DNA from: Nannocystis bainbridge
Lineage (GTDB): Bacteria > Myxococcota_A > Polyangia > Nannocystales > Nannocystaceae
Direction of reading: 5' to 3'
Length of the DNA: 64,000 nucleotides
NCBI RefSeq assembly: GCF_028368995.1
Contig: NZ_JAQNDL010000002.1
Coordinates: 288,001-352,000, forward strand
A program made the position numbers and the translations under genes. This document shows positions 38,591 through 47,344 of the stretch, in pieces; position 1 is the first letter of the stretch; every line of letters begins with the position of its first letter. Under the pieces are notes generated by a model. That model was not told the DNA's origin. It saw only the letters and a list, made by a program, of their open reading frames with translations, and made no database searches.

Positions 38591-40696
38591 TCACTCGGCC
38601 ATGCCGTCGAGCAGGTAGTTCTTCATGAACAGGATCGTCGCGTACATCTGGTAGTCCTGGTTGCGCTTCTTCTGGAAGCCGTGGCCCTCGTCCTTGCCCT
38701 CGAGGTACCACACCGGCGTGCCGCCCCGCTTGAGCGTGGCGACGATCTGGTGGGCCTCGCTGGCCGGCACGCGCGGGTCGTTCTTGCCCTGGATGACGAA
38801 CAGCGGCTTCTTGATCTCGGCGGCGCGGGTGAGCGGCGAGATCTCGAGCAGCTTCTTGCGCAGCTCGGGGTCGCGCTCGTCGCCGTACTCGACGCGGCGG
38901 AGGTCGCGGCGGTAGGCCTCGGTGTTCTCGAGGAAGGTGACGAAGTTGCTGATGCCGACGATGTCGACGGCGCAGCGGATCCGGTCGGCGAAGTGGACCG
39001 AGGCGGCGAGGGTCATGTAACCGCCGTAGGAGCCGCCCATGATCATGACGCGCTCGGCGTCGAGCTCGGCCCGGCCGGCGATCCAGTCGAGCGCGGCGCC
39101 GAGGTCCTTGACCGAGTCCTCGCGCTGGGCGCCGTTGTCGAGCCGCACGTAGGTCTTGCCGTAGCCGGTCGAGCCGCGCACGTTGGGGTAGAGCAGGGCG
39201 ACGCCGAGCTCGTTGAGGTAGTAGTTGTTGCGGGCGATGAAGCCGCTCTGCGACTGACCCTCGGGGCCGCCGTGGACGATGACGACGACGGGGCGCGGGC
39301 CGGTGAACCGCGCCGCCGGCTTGTAGTAGAAGCCGGGGATGTCGCGCCCGTCGAAGCTCTTCCAGGTGACGAGCTCGGGCTCGCTGAAAGTGGTGGGATT
39401 GAGGGTGCCGACCTCGCTCTCGGTCCAGCGCTCGATCTCGCCGGAGCGCACGTCGAGCACGTAGGTGTCGGCCGGCGAGCGCGCGGACGACAGGGTGAAG
39501 GCCAGCAGCTTGCCGTCGGCGTGGAAGGTGAGGCTGCCGATCGCGCCGGCCGGCAGGCGGGTCTTGATCGGTCGCTCGCGCCCGCTCGGCAGGTCGTGCA
39601 GGCGCAGGCGATCGACGCCGCCCTCGTTGACGACCGAGGCGAGCTGCTTGCGGTCCTTGCTGATGGCGAAGAAATCGACGTCCCACGGCACGGGCGGGCC
39701 GAGCGGGGTGGTCTGCTTGCTGGCGAGGTCGAGGGTGACGAGCTCGCGGAACTCGCCCTTGCCGTCGGTGGTGGTGATGACGCCCTTGCCGTCGGCGGTG
39801 AAGGCGGCGCCCGACCAGGCGACGGGGATGTCACCTGTCTTTTCGGTCAGCTTGGTGCGCTGGCCGGTGGCGAGGTCGAACAGCCACAGATAGGTCTCGT
39901 TGACCGAGAGGTTCTCGCTCGCCAACAGCAGGTTGCCGTCGACGGAGAAGTCTTCGGGATCCCAGCCGCCGCCCTCGACCTCGGCGACCAGCTTGTCGGT
40001 GCTCGGGTCGCGCGGGTCGACGACGTAGAAGTCGGTGTCCTTCTTGTTGCGCCGGGTCGAGGTGTAGGCGAACTTCTCGCCGTCGCGGGTCCACGGGCCG
40101 AGGCTGTTCTTCGAGGCGCCGTCGGTGAGCAGGGTGAGCTTGCCGTCGGCGCGATCGAAGCGCCAGTTCTGCGCGAACTCGTTGCCGCCGATGTCCTTCG
40201 AGAGCACGAAGAAGCTGCCGTCGCCGACCGGCGGATAGGTGGCCGCGCCGACGCGGTCGGGGAAGAAGGTCAGCTGGCGCCGATCGCCGCCGGCCAGCTT
40301 GACCTCGTGGATCTGGTCGGTGTCGGCGAAGCGAGTCCGGATCAGCAGCGAGTGATCCTTCGGGTGCCACTTCAAGGCGACGGCCGAGCGCGCCTCGGAG
40401 TAGGTGCCGACGCCGTCGGCGATCGCCCGCGGGATCGGCGGGATGTTCTCGGCGAGCAAGCTGTCAGGCATGCTGACGATGTCGTCGTCGGGCGACGGGT
40501 CGCCAGGGACGAGGACCGGCGGGGCGTCGGATTTGCCTTCGCGCGGCTTGCCGTCAGTGGGCGGAGCATCGGCCTTGTCGGCCGGCTGGGCGTGCTTGGC
40601 CGCGATGGGGGCGACCTTGGGGGCGTCCTTCGGCGGCGGTGCGTCGCAAGCAGCAGCGGCGAGGAGGAAGAGGCAGACGCGAGGCGAGGTCGGCAT
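38591..40696 (-). CDS. S9 prolyl oligopeptidase/acylaminoacyl peptidase lipoprotein
   Basis: HGGPE, PNVRGSTGYG, GGSYGG, GKNDPRVP and DEGHGF; lipobox AAAC. Confidence 0.93.
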   Translation of the reverse strand: MPTSPRVCLFLLAAAACDAPPPKDAPKVAPIAAKHAQPADKADAPPTDGKPREGKSDAPPVLVPGDPSPDDDIVSMPDSLLAENIPPIPRAIADGVGTYSEARSAVALKWHPKDHSLLIRTRFADTDQIHEVKLAGGDRRQLTFFPDRVGAATYPPVGDGSFFVLSKDIGGNEFAQNWRFDRADGKLTLLTDGASKNSLGPWTRDGEKFAYTSTRRNKKDTDFYVVDPRDPSTDKLVAEVEGGGWDPEDFSVDGNLLLASENLSVNETYLWLFDLATGQRTKLTEKTGDIPVAWSGAAFTADGKGVITTTDGKGEFRELVTLDLASKQTTPLGPPVPWDVDFFAISKDRKQLASVVNEGGVDRLRLHDLPSGRERPIKTRLPAGAIGSLTFHADGKLLAFTLSSARSPADTYVLDVRSGEIERWTESEVGTLNPTTFSEPELVTWKSFDGRDIPGFYYKPAARFTGPRPVVVIVHGGPEGQSQSGFIARNNYYLNELGVALLYPNVRGSTGYGKTYVRLDNGAQREDSVKDLGAALDWIAGRAELDAERVMIMGGSYGGYMTLAASVHFADRIRCAVDIVGISNFVTFLENTEAYRRDLRRVEYGDERDPELRKKLLEISPLTRAAEIKKPLFVIQGKNDPRVPASEAHQIVATLKRGGTPVWYLEGKDEGHGFQKKRNQDYQMYATILFMKNYLLDGMAE

Positions 40697-40973
40697 GCGG
40701 GCGCGACTATAACCGAGGGGCCGGCCGCCCGTGAGCGCGGGGCAGCGGATGGTGAAGATGCCGTGGGAGGAGGCGCGGGGCGAGAATTCGCGGGATGGCG
40801 GGGCGGACGCTGCGCCGCGAATGTGACAGCGTGGGCGTCGTGCGGCCGATGATGCTCGACGGCGAAAGCCCAGACGAGAGGCTGGCCTTCGGGACAGCCT
40901 CGACACGATGCTGGGTGCCGTCCGAGCGCGACGTGCCTGACGGCCACCGACGTGACATGCTGGCGTGCGAACG

Positions 40974-41525
40974 ATGGTCGACAAGACGACGCATTTCGGG
41001 CGAGCCGGGGAGTTTTACGCGATGTCGGAGCTGCTGCTCCGCGGCTGGAACGTGGCGGTGCCGGTCATCGACCTGGGCGACGACGTGTTCGTGATCGACG
41101 ACCGGGACAAGACGATCCGGCGGGTCCAGGTGAAGTCGACGGAGGCGAAGCCACTCTCCGCGGAGGCAAACACGTGGGAGGCCACATTCAACCTGTCGCG
41201 CGCGCAGCTGCGGACGGCCCAGCCGATCGAGCTCTATTACATGTTTCTCGTGCGATACCCGCGGTCTTGGCGATTCTTGCTGATACCGCGCCCGGAGCTG
41301 CTGGCGATTCGCAACGGGAGGACCGTCTCGCCGCGAGCGGGTGCGGGCCGTCCCGCGCTCACGGACGGGCAGGCGAGGACTGACGCGCTCGGGCTCACTG
41401 TCACGATCCAGGGCAGCTCCGCGTCCGGCTGGGAGGCGGTGCTGGACCGCTACCTGGACGCCTGGCCGGCCGATTTGCCGGTCGTCGTCGACGGTCCGGG
41501 GACCGCGAGGACCGGGGGGACGTGA
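40974..41525 (+). CDS. PD-(D/E)xK restriction-endonuclease-fold protein
   Basis: GRAGE...LLLRGWNV..P..DLGDD...RVQVKS. Confidence 0.7.
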   Translation: MVDKTTHFGRAGEFYAMSELLLRGWNVAVPVIDLGDDVFVIDDRDKTIRRVQVKSTEAKPLSAEANTWEATFNLSRAQLRTAQPIELYYMFLVRYPRSWRFLLIPRPELLAIRNGRTVSPRAGAGRPALTDGQARTDALGLTVTIQGSSASGWEAVLDRYLDAWPADLPVVVDGPGTARTGGT

Positions 41526-41526
41526 G

Positions 41527-41826
41527 CTACGCGGCCGACCGCGGCAGGTCCCGGTCGCTGACCGGATCGCGGAAGACGACGCGCCCCAGCTTCTCCAGGC
41601 GGCTCTCCGACAGGCCGGTCAAGAGCATGACGATCTGCTCGGCGATCGAGGCCTGGACCCGCTCGTGATCGTCGCGAGTCTCGTGAGCGATGAACACACG
41701 GCTCCGCGGATGGAGCGCCTCGCCGAACTCGGAACGCAGGCGGGTCAACGAGCCGGGTTCGAGGGCGAAGGTCGCTCCGTCGCGATTGGAGCTCCGGTAG
41801 ATGACGATCGGCTCGGAAGCATCCAT
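41527..41826 (-). CDS. Hypothetical protein (99 aa)
   Basis: ORF MDASEPIVIY... has protein-like composition and fills the gap between two + strand genes. Confidence 0.6.
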   Translation of the reverse strand: MDASEPIVIYRSSNRDGATFALEPGSLTRLRSEFGEALHPRSRVFIAHETRDDHERVQASIAEQIVMLLTGLSESRLEKLGRVVFRDPVSDRDLPRSAA

Positions 41827-41955
41827 GGACCGAGTATGGAGCGAAGCGCGCACCGCTGCAACCGAGCGAGGCGAGGGTGGTTTTGTCGTAGCGCCCGGCG
41901 CGCTGTCGTTTTGCTATCCTCGCGGTCTCGGCCGTCGCTCGGCGGCGCCGCACGC

Positions 41956-42765
41956 ATGGCCTCATTCTCTTCGACCCACCCGTTCGCCTATCACGTCTTC
42001 CCGCTGACGGCTGCGCGCTCGATCTGGCGGCTCGGGGCGCTGCACGGCAAGGACGACCTCGGCGCGCTCGGAGCGATTCGTCGCACCACCGGCGACCTCG
42101 ATCGCCTGCTCGGCTTCTCGCGGTTCGTCCACTTCTATCTGCCGCGGCAGGGCACGACACCGGCCGAATTGCCGATCCTCGGGGCGCAGCTGCAGCCGTC
42201 GCGCGTGCCGCCATGTCCGCACGCGATGCTCGTCGTGCCGACCGCGCCGCTCACCGACGAGGATGCGACGATCTGCAACTGGAACATCGCCGTCAGTCGA
42301 CCGACCGTCGAAGGGGTGTGCAAGGGCGGCAACTGGACGCGTGGGACCAATCCAGAGTGGATCCTCGATCGCTGGCGGCGCTTTCGAGCGACGAATCCGG
42401 AGCCCGAGAGGGCGCGTGGATTTTGGGGCGAGCCGCACGTGCCGATCGTGGCGGGGCCGCAGATCGCGGCGAACCTCCGCCTGCTCGGCCGGGCGCCGCG
42501 CAAGACGCCCGAGCTGCTGCTGCGATCGCCCGCGCGGGTGTTCGCGGGGGCGAAGGTGATCGCGTTCTCTCGCGCCGATCTGGCGTCGCTGCAGCGGCTC
42601 GGAGCGGCGCCGGACGGGGCGGCGCTGGAGCTGGGGACGTTCCCGGGCTACGACCCGGACGGCGATCCGCTGGGGCCGCGGCGCGGGCTGCTCGACGATT
42701 TCCTCGCGGGTCTCCGCGACGCGCCGCCGCCGATCGACTTCGACGCGATTCGTCCGAGCGTGTGA
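41956..42765 (+). CDS. Possible divergent DarT (DUF4433)-like ADP-ribosyltransferase
   Basis: AYHVFPLTAARSIWRLGAL, DR...RFVHFYL, CNWNIA and PELLL follow the DarT motif order YHxT..NL.SI..GL / YVPFYF / TDGNAA / AEFLV. The CDS is likely; the function is tentative. Confidence 0.5.
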   Translation: MASFSSTHPFAYHVFPLTAARSIWRLGALHGKDDLGALGAIRRTTGDLDRLLGFSRFVHFYLPRQGTTPAELPILGAQLQPSRVPPCPHAMLVVPTAPLTDEDATICNWNIAVSRPTVEGVCKGGNWTRGTNPEWILDRWRRFRATNPEPERARGFWGEPHVPIVAGPQIAANLRLLGRAPRKTPELLLRSPARVFAGAKVIAFSRADLASLQRLGAAPDGAALELGTFPGYDPDGDPLGPRRGLLDDFLAGLRDAPPPIDFDAIRPSV

Positions 42766-42771
42766 TCGCCG

Positions 42772-44829
42772 TCAGCGCGCGCCGAGGGAGCGCAGGAGCA
42801 TGGCGCGCACGGCCGTGAGGTCGGCGTCGACGCGGGCGCGCGGGTGCGCGGCCGCGGGGCCGTGCGGGACGGTGCGGAGCTGGTCCTGGCGGGTGACGTA
42901 GGTGACGCAGGTCGAGGAGCGGTTGCCGCGGAGCATGGCCAGGGCTTCGGCGAGGATGGTCGTCTGGTCCTCGGGACATGGTGTGAAGGACATGTCTCCC
43001 CAGGCAGGTAATGCGACGGCGGCGGCGGCGTCGGACACGAGGCCGGGGGCGTGGGCGCGCAGGTGGTCGAAGGCGCGGGCGAGGCCGGCCGAGTCGCCGG
43101 CGGCGGCGTGTACCAGGCCGAGCTCGACCCACGCGCCGGTGCGGGCCGGGTGGCTGGTGACGGCGTGCTGGAGGTCCACGAGGGCGCCTGCGAGGTCGCC
43201 GGTGGCCGCGCGGGCGCCGGCGCGGTGGGCGTAGACGGCCGGGCCGACGGTGCCGCGCATCTGGGCGATGCCGGCGGCGGAGACGGCGAGGGCGCCAGCG
43301 GGGTCGCCTGTCCGCTGGGACAGGAGGGTGAGGCCGACGTAGGCCCAGCGGGTGCGCGGGTTGAGGGCGATCGAAGCCTCGAGGTCGGCGCGGGCGCCGG
43401 CGTCGTCGCCGAGCCACATCCGCAGCTCGCCGCGGTGGGCCAGCGGCAGGGAGGAGCGCGGCCAGCGGGCGCAGGCGGCGTCGAGCAGGGCGAGCGCGCG
43501 GGCCGGGTGGGCGCTGCGGATCGTCTGCAAGGCGTGGCGCGAGGCGTGGCGCACACCTGTCCGTGTGGACAGGCGCTTGAGGACATGTCCGTCGTGCCAG
43601 GTAGCGAACGGCGAGCGGTTGCAGCCCATGCGCGCGAGGGCGTCGCGGGTGGCGTCGACCAGCGGGCCCTGGCGGTCGGCGGCGAGGGCGGCGGGGGCGA
43701 GCGGGGAGACCTCGGCGAGGGCCTCGGCGAACTCCTCGATCTGCCGCAGGTTGACGGGGGCGTCGGGGGCGGGGCGCTCGCCGGCAGCGGCGAGGAAGCG
43801 CAGCATCCAGGCGACGAACAGGTAACCATCGCCGATCGCGGTGGCGCGGGTCAGCGCGGCGTGGGCAGGGTCCCAGGCGCCGCGGCAGATCAGCGCCTCG
43901 GCGCGCGACAGCTCGGCGGCCGGATCGGGGACCTGGCAGGCGAGCTCGAGCTCGCGGAGGGCGGGGTCGTGGTGGCCGTCCGCGAGCAGGAGCTGGCCGC
44001 GGATCCTGCACGCGCCAGCGCGACCGCGAGCGCCAGGGATGGCTTCGGCGCGGGCCAGGGCGGCCTGGCGATCGCCTGTCCACAGGGACATGTCGGCGAG
44101 CGCGAGGGCGACGGGCGGGTCGTCGGGCTGCAGCGCCAGAGCGGCCTCGCCGTGACGGGCGGCGCCTCTGAAGTCGCCGGTCTCGAGCAGGGCGAACATT
44201 GCGGCGCGGCGGTAGAAGGCAGCGTCGCCCGCCGGGGCGAGGCGCAGGGCGGCGGCCAGCTCGACGCCGCAGGCGTGATCGTGCCCGGCGCGGGCCAGGG
44301 CGGTCGCCAGCTCCATGCGCAGCTTGGCCGAGTCGGGGGCGCGCTGCAGGCCGCGGCGGGCGGCGACGATGGCGAGCTCGAGGTCGCCGCCGCGCAGGTG
44401 CATCTGCGCCTCGAAGGCGTCCCAGGTCGGGTCGGTCGGATCGGCGGCGCGGCCGACCGCGATCGCGGCCGCGACCTCGCGCTCCCAGCCGAGCGCGCTG
44501 GCGTAGCCGACAGCGCGGGTGGCCGCGGCGCGGGTGGCCGCGGGTGCGGCTCGGGCGGCGGCGGCGAGGGCGTCGAGGCTGCGCTGATAGTCGTGCGTGG
44601 CCCGCAAGATCGCGGCGGCGGCGAGGGCGACGGCGGCGTCGTCGGGCCTGTCCCCCAGGGCAGCTTCGGCGGCCGCGCGGGCGCGGGCGAGCTGGCCGTG
44701 ACGAGCCAGGGCGACGGCCCGCAGCAGGGCACCGCGGGCGCCGAGGCGCGGCTCGTCGGCTTCGAGGTCGCCGGCGTCGAGCGCGGCCTGAAGGCGCAGC
44801 GCCAGCTGCGGGCTCGCCGTGCGGTTCAC
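42772..44829 (-). CDS. Large TPR-repeat protein
   Basis: Ala/Leu-rich helical repeats (LAHRGEL...ARADLEASIALNP; AWVELGLV). GTG start at 44829 is uncertain. Confidence 0.75.
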   Translation of the reverse strand: MNRTASPQLALRLQAALDAGDLEADEPRLGARGALLRAVALARHGQLARARAAAEAALGDRPDDAAVALAAAAILRATHDYQRSLDALAAAARAAPAATRAAATRAVGYASALGWEREVAAAIAVGRAADPTDPTWDAFEAQMHLRGGDLELAIVAARRGLQRAPDSAKLRMELATALARAGHDHACGVELAAALRLAPAGDAAFYRRAAMFALLETGDFRGAARHGEAALALQPDDPPVALALADMSLWTGDRQAALARAEAIPGARGRAGACRIRGQLLLADGHHDPALRELELACQVPDPAAELSRAEALICRGAWDPAHAALTRATAIGDGYLFVAWMLRFLAAAGERPAPDAPVNLRQIEEFAEALAEVSPLAPAALAADRQGPLVDATRDALARMGCNRSPFATWHDGHVLKRLSTRTGVRHASRHALQTIRSAHPARALALLDAACARWPRSSLPLAHRGELRMWLGDDAGARADLEASIALNPRTRWAYVGLTLLSQRTGDPAGALAVSAAGIAQMRGTVGPAVYAHRAGARAATGDLAGALVDLQHAVTSHPARTGAWVELGLVHAAAGDSAGLARAFDHLRAHAPGLVSDAAAAVALPAWGDMSFTPCPEDQTTILAEALAMLRGNRSSTCVTYVTRQDQLRTVPHGPAAAHPRARVDADLTAVRAMLLRSLGAR

Positions 44830-45059
44830 CGGCTGCCGCTCCTGCGAGTCCCCGGCGCAGGAGATGACGTCAAGGCGGAGGGCCGCGGCCGATCGAACTG
44901 CGTCGAGCGCGGGCGAGCGACAGGGGGCCGCGGGAGCGATGGTTCGCATCGAATCCCGGGCGAACGGACCGCTCTGGCGATCACGCGAGGCGAGTGTGGG
45001 CTCGGCGTCGCCCCGGTCGTCGTCGCGGGCGCGAGGTGGGCGGCCGGCGAGCGCATGGC

Positions 45060-47303
45060 TCAAGGGACAGGTTGCATGGCCGCGAACCCGTGGGCGCGCA
45101 CGTAGTTGATGTGCATGCCCTTACAGACATGTTCATGAGAGCATGTCTTGCAGCGCAGGCTCTTGACGTGGAAGCCGTCGTCGATGAAGCGGCGGGCGTA
45201 GCGGAAGATCTCGAGGCCGCCGTCGGGGCCGAGCTGGGCGGCGTCGAACACCGGCGGGCGCTCGCGCGGCGGCCGGCCGGCGATGCACGCGGGGACGGCC
45301 TCGACGGGCACCGGGGGCCGGAGGGCGGCGAAGAAGGCCGGGAGGTCGAGGTCGAGCTCGGCCGACTCGGTGAGGCGCTCGCGCGCGGGCTGGCGCAGGA
45401 CCAGGCGCGGCGGGGCAGCCTCCAGGGCGAGCAGCCAGGCCTCGGCGGCGCGCGACAGCAGGAGCACGACTTCGAGGTCGAGGGGGAGGTCGAGCAGCGC
45501 GGCGGCGGCGGCAGGGTCGGCGACGACGACGCGGACCAGGCGCTTGCCGGCGATCGATGGCTGGCCTTCGGGACCTGTCGTGGAGGACATGTGCGAGAGC
45601 CGGGCGATCAGGGCCGCGGGGTCGGCGAGCTCGAGCTCGAGCTCGGGGACTTCGGGGTAGTCGGCGGCGAGGGCCTCGGCGGCCGCGAGGTCGGGCGCGA
45701 CCAGCCACAGCGCGCGGGGCCGGGCCGCCGCCGCGAGGGCGCGGGCGTCGAGGCGCGGGCGCGCGGGTGGCTGCGACGCGCCGGCGCCGAGCAGCGGGAG
45801 GCGGAAGCGGCGGGGCGGCGGGTTCGCGGTGACGCCCGGCCGGGTGGCGGGAAGGACATGTCCCGAGAGACTGGTGGTGACGGGGGCCGGCGACGAGATG
45901 GCGGGAGGGACATGTCCCGCGGGACCGGTGGTGACGGGGGCCGGCGACGAGATGGCGGGAGGGACATGTCCCGAGGGACTGGTGGTGTCCAGGACCGGCG
46001 ACGAGATGGCGGGAGGGACATGTCCCGAAGGACTTGTCGACGTCGTATCGTGGTCCATGACGGCGAGGGCGCCTGGGCCGCGGTCGGTCGCGCGCGGGTC
46101 CGGGAGCTCGACGCGCCGCGCGTCGCGGGCCTCGGCCATGCCGGCGGCGGCCTCGTCGGCGGTGCCGGCCCACGCGTCGAGGCTGTCCTCGGGGACATGT
46201 CCTGAAAACCCGTCTTCAAAGCTGTCCTCGGGGACATGTCCCGAGAGGCCGGCGGCCAGGGCCCGCTCGGCGAGCACGCGGTGCAGGCGGGCGGCGGCGT
46301 GCTGGCGGCTGGCCGGGTCGCCGCCGTAGGCGACGGGGGCGTGATGCTCGGCGCCGGCGTCGATCCGCAGGACCTCGAAGCGCTGGCCGGCGAGGGCGGC
46401 GCGGACCTCGTCGAGGTGGTCGCACAGCGGCTCGAGGTAGCAGTGCTTGCAGCGCTCGGGGGCTCGGCAGTCGAGCGGGATGTCGTGCTCGAGCAGCAGC
46501 GCGTACTCCTCCTTGCGCCCGCGGACCTCTTCGATCAGCTTGTGCGGGTCCTGGATCAGGTCCTCGAAGCCCTCGAGGTGCTGCGGCGGAAATCGGTTGA
46601 GCCAGACGTGGACGCCGGGCCGGCGTGCGTAAGCGAAGGCCTCGAGCAGGTAGGGGCGCATGGCCTCGAGGTCGTAGAAGAGGACCTCGCGGCCCTCGCT
46701 GTAGGCGCGGCCGAACGGGATGACGTGCAGCAAGTCGAACTCGCGCACGCCCATGGCGGTGAAGGTGGCCATGAGCTCGGGCAGCTGCTTGACGTTGCCG
46801 CGGTTGACGCAGACGTCGATGTTGACGACGGGGCGACCGTCGGCGAGCGCGCCCTGGAGCCCCTTGACCTCCTCGTCGAAGGCGCCCTTGGTGCCGACGA
46901 GGGCGTCGTGGATCCGGGCGTTGGGGCCGTGGATCGAGAACGTGATCTCGCTGAGGCCGGCGTCGAGGGCGGCCCGCAAGAAGGCCGGATAGGCGAACAT
47001 GCGGCCGTTGGTGACGGTCTGGATCTTGCGATAGCCGGCGCGCCGGCCGAGGCGCACGAAATCGACGAAGTTGGGGTGGATGGTGGGCTCGCCGCCGGAG
47101 AGGATCAGGCGAGTGGCGCCGCGCCGGCGTCCGTCGAGGATCTGGGCCTTGATCTCGTCGCGGTCGCGGTTGGTGCCGTCGTGCGTGTGGGCGTCGAGGC
47201 AGAACACGCAGCGGTCGTTGCAGTCGAACGTCAGCCGCACCCAGTTGCGCCGCTCGTGCGCGGCCTCTTCGTGCTGCACGGCGGTGGCGGGGAGAGCGTC
47301 CAT
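45060..47303 (-). CDS. Radical SAM protein with C-terminal Cys cluster and internal repeat insertion
   Basis: CNDRCVFC, SGGEPT, TNG and FSIHG; CKHCYLEPLC; C-terminal CKTCSHEHVCKG. Confidence 0.9.
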   Translation of the reverse strand: MDALPATAVQHEEAAHERRNWVRLTFDCNDRCVFCLDAHTHDGTNRDRDEIKAQILDGRRRGATRLILSGGEPTIHPNFVDFVRLGRRAGYRKIQTVTNGRMFAYPAFLRAALDAGLSEITFSIHGPNARIHDALVGTKGAFDEEVKGLQGALADGRPVVNIDVCVNRGNVKQLPELMATFTAMGVREFDLLHVIPFGRAYSEGREVLFYDLEAMRPYLLEAFAYARRPGVHVWLNRFPPQHLEGFEDLIQDPHKLIEEVRGRKEEYALLLEHDIPLDCRAPERCKHCYLEPLCDHLDEVRAALAGQRFEVLRIDAGAEHHAPVAYGGDPASRQHAAARLHRVLAERALAAGLSGHVPEDSFEDGFSGHVPEDSLDAWAGTADEAAAGMAEARDARRVELPDPRATDRGPGALAVMDHDTTSTSPSGHVPPAISSPVLDTTSPSGHVPPAISSPAPVTTGPAGHVPPAISSPAPVTTSLSGHVLPATRPGVTANPPPRRFRLPLLGAGASQPPARPRLDARALAAAARPRALWLVAPDLAAAEALAADYPEVPELELELADPAALIARLSHMSSTTGPEGQPSIAGKRLVRVVVADPAAAAALLDLPLDLEVVLLLSRAAEAWLLALEAAPPRLVLRQPARERLTESAELDLDLPAFFAALRPPVPVEAVPACIAGRPPRERPPVFDAAQLGPDGGLEIFRYARRFIDDGFHVKSLRCKTCSHEHVCKGMHINYVRAHGFAAMQPVP
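45854..46241. repeat. In-frame 54-bp (about x3.5) and 39-bp (x2) tandem repeats built on GGACATGTCC
   Basis: Exact palindromes at 45854, 45908, 45962, 46016, 46193 and 46232. Encodes GHVPPAISSP and SGHVPEDS repeats. Confidence 0.88.
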
Positions 47304-47344
47304 TCCGGGCCAATCGTACCCGGCGCCCCGCGCAGGCCGCAAGC

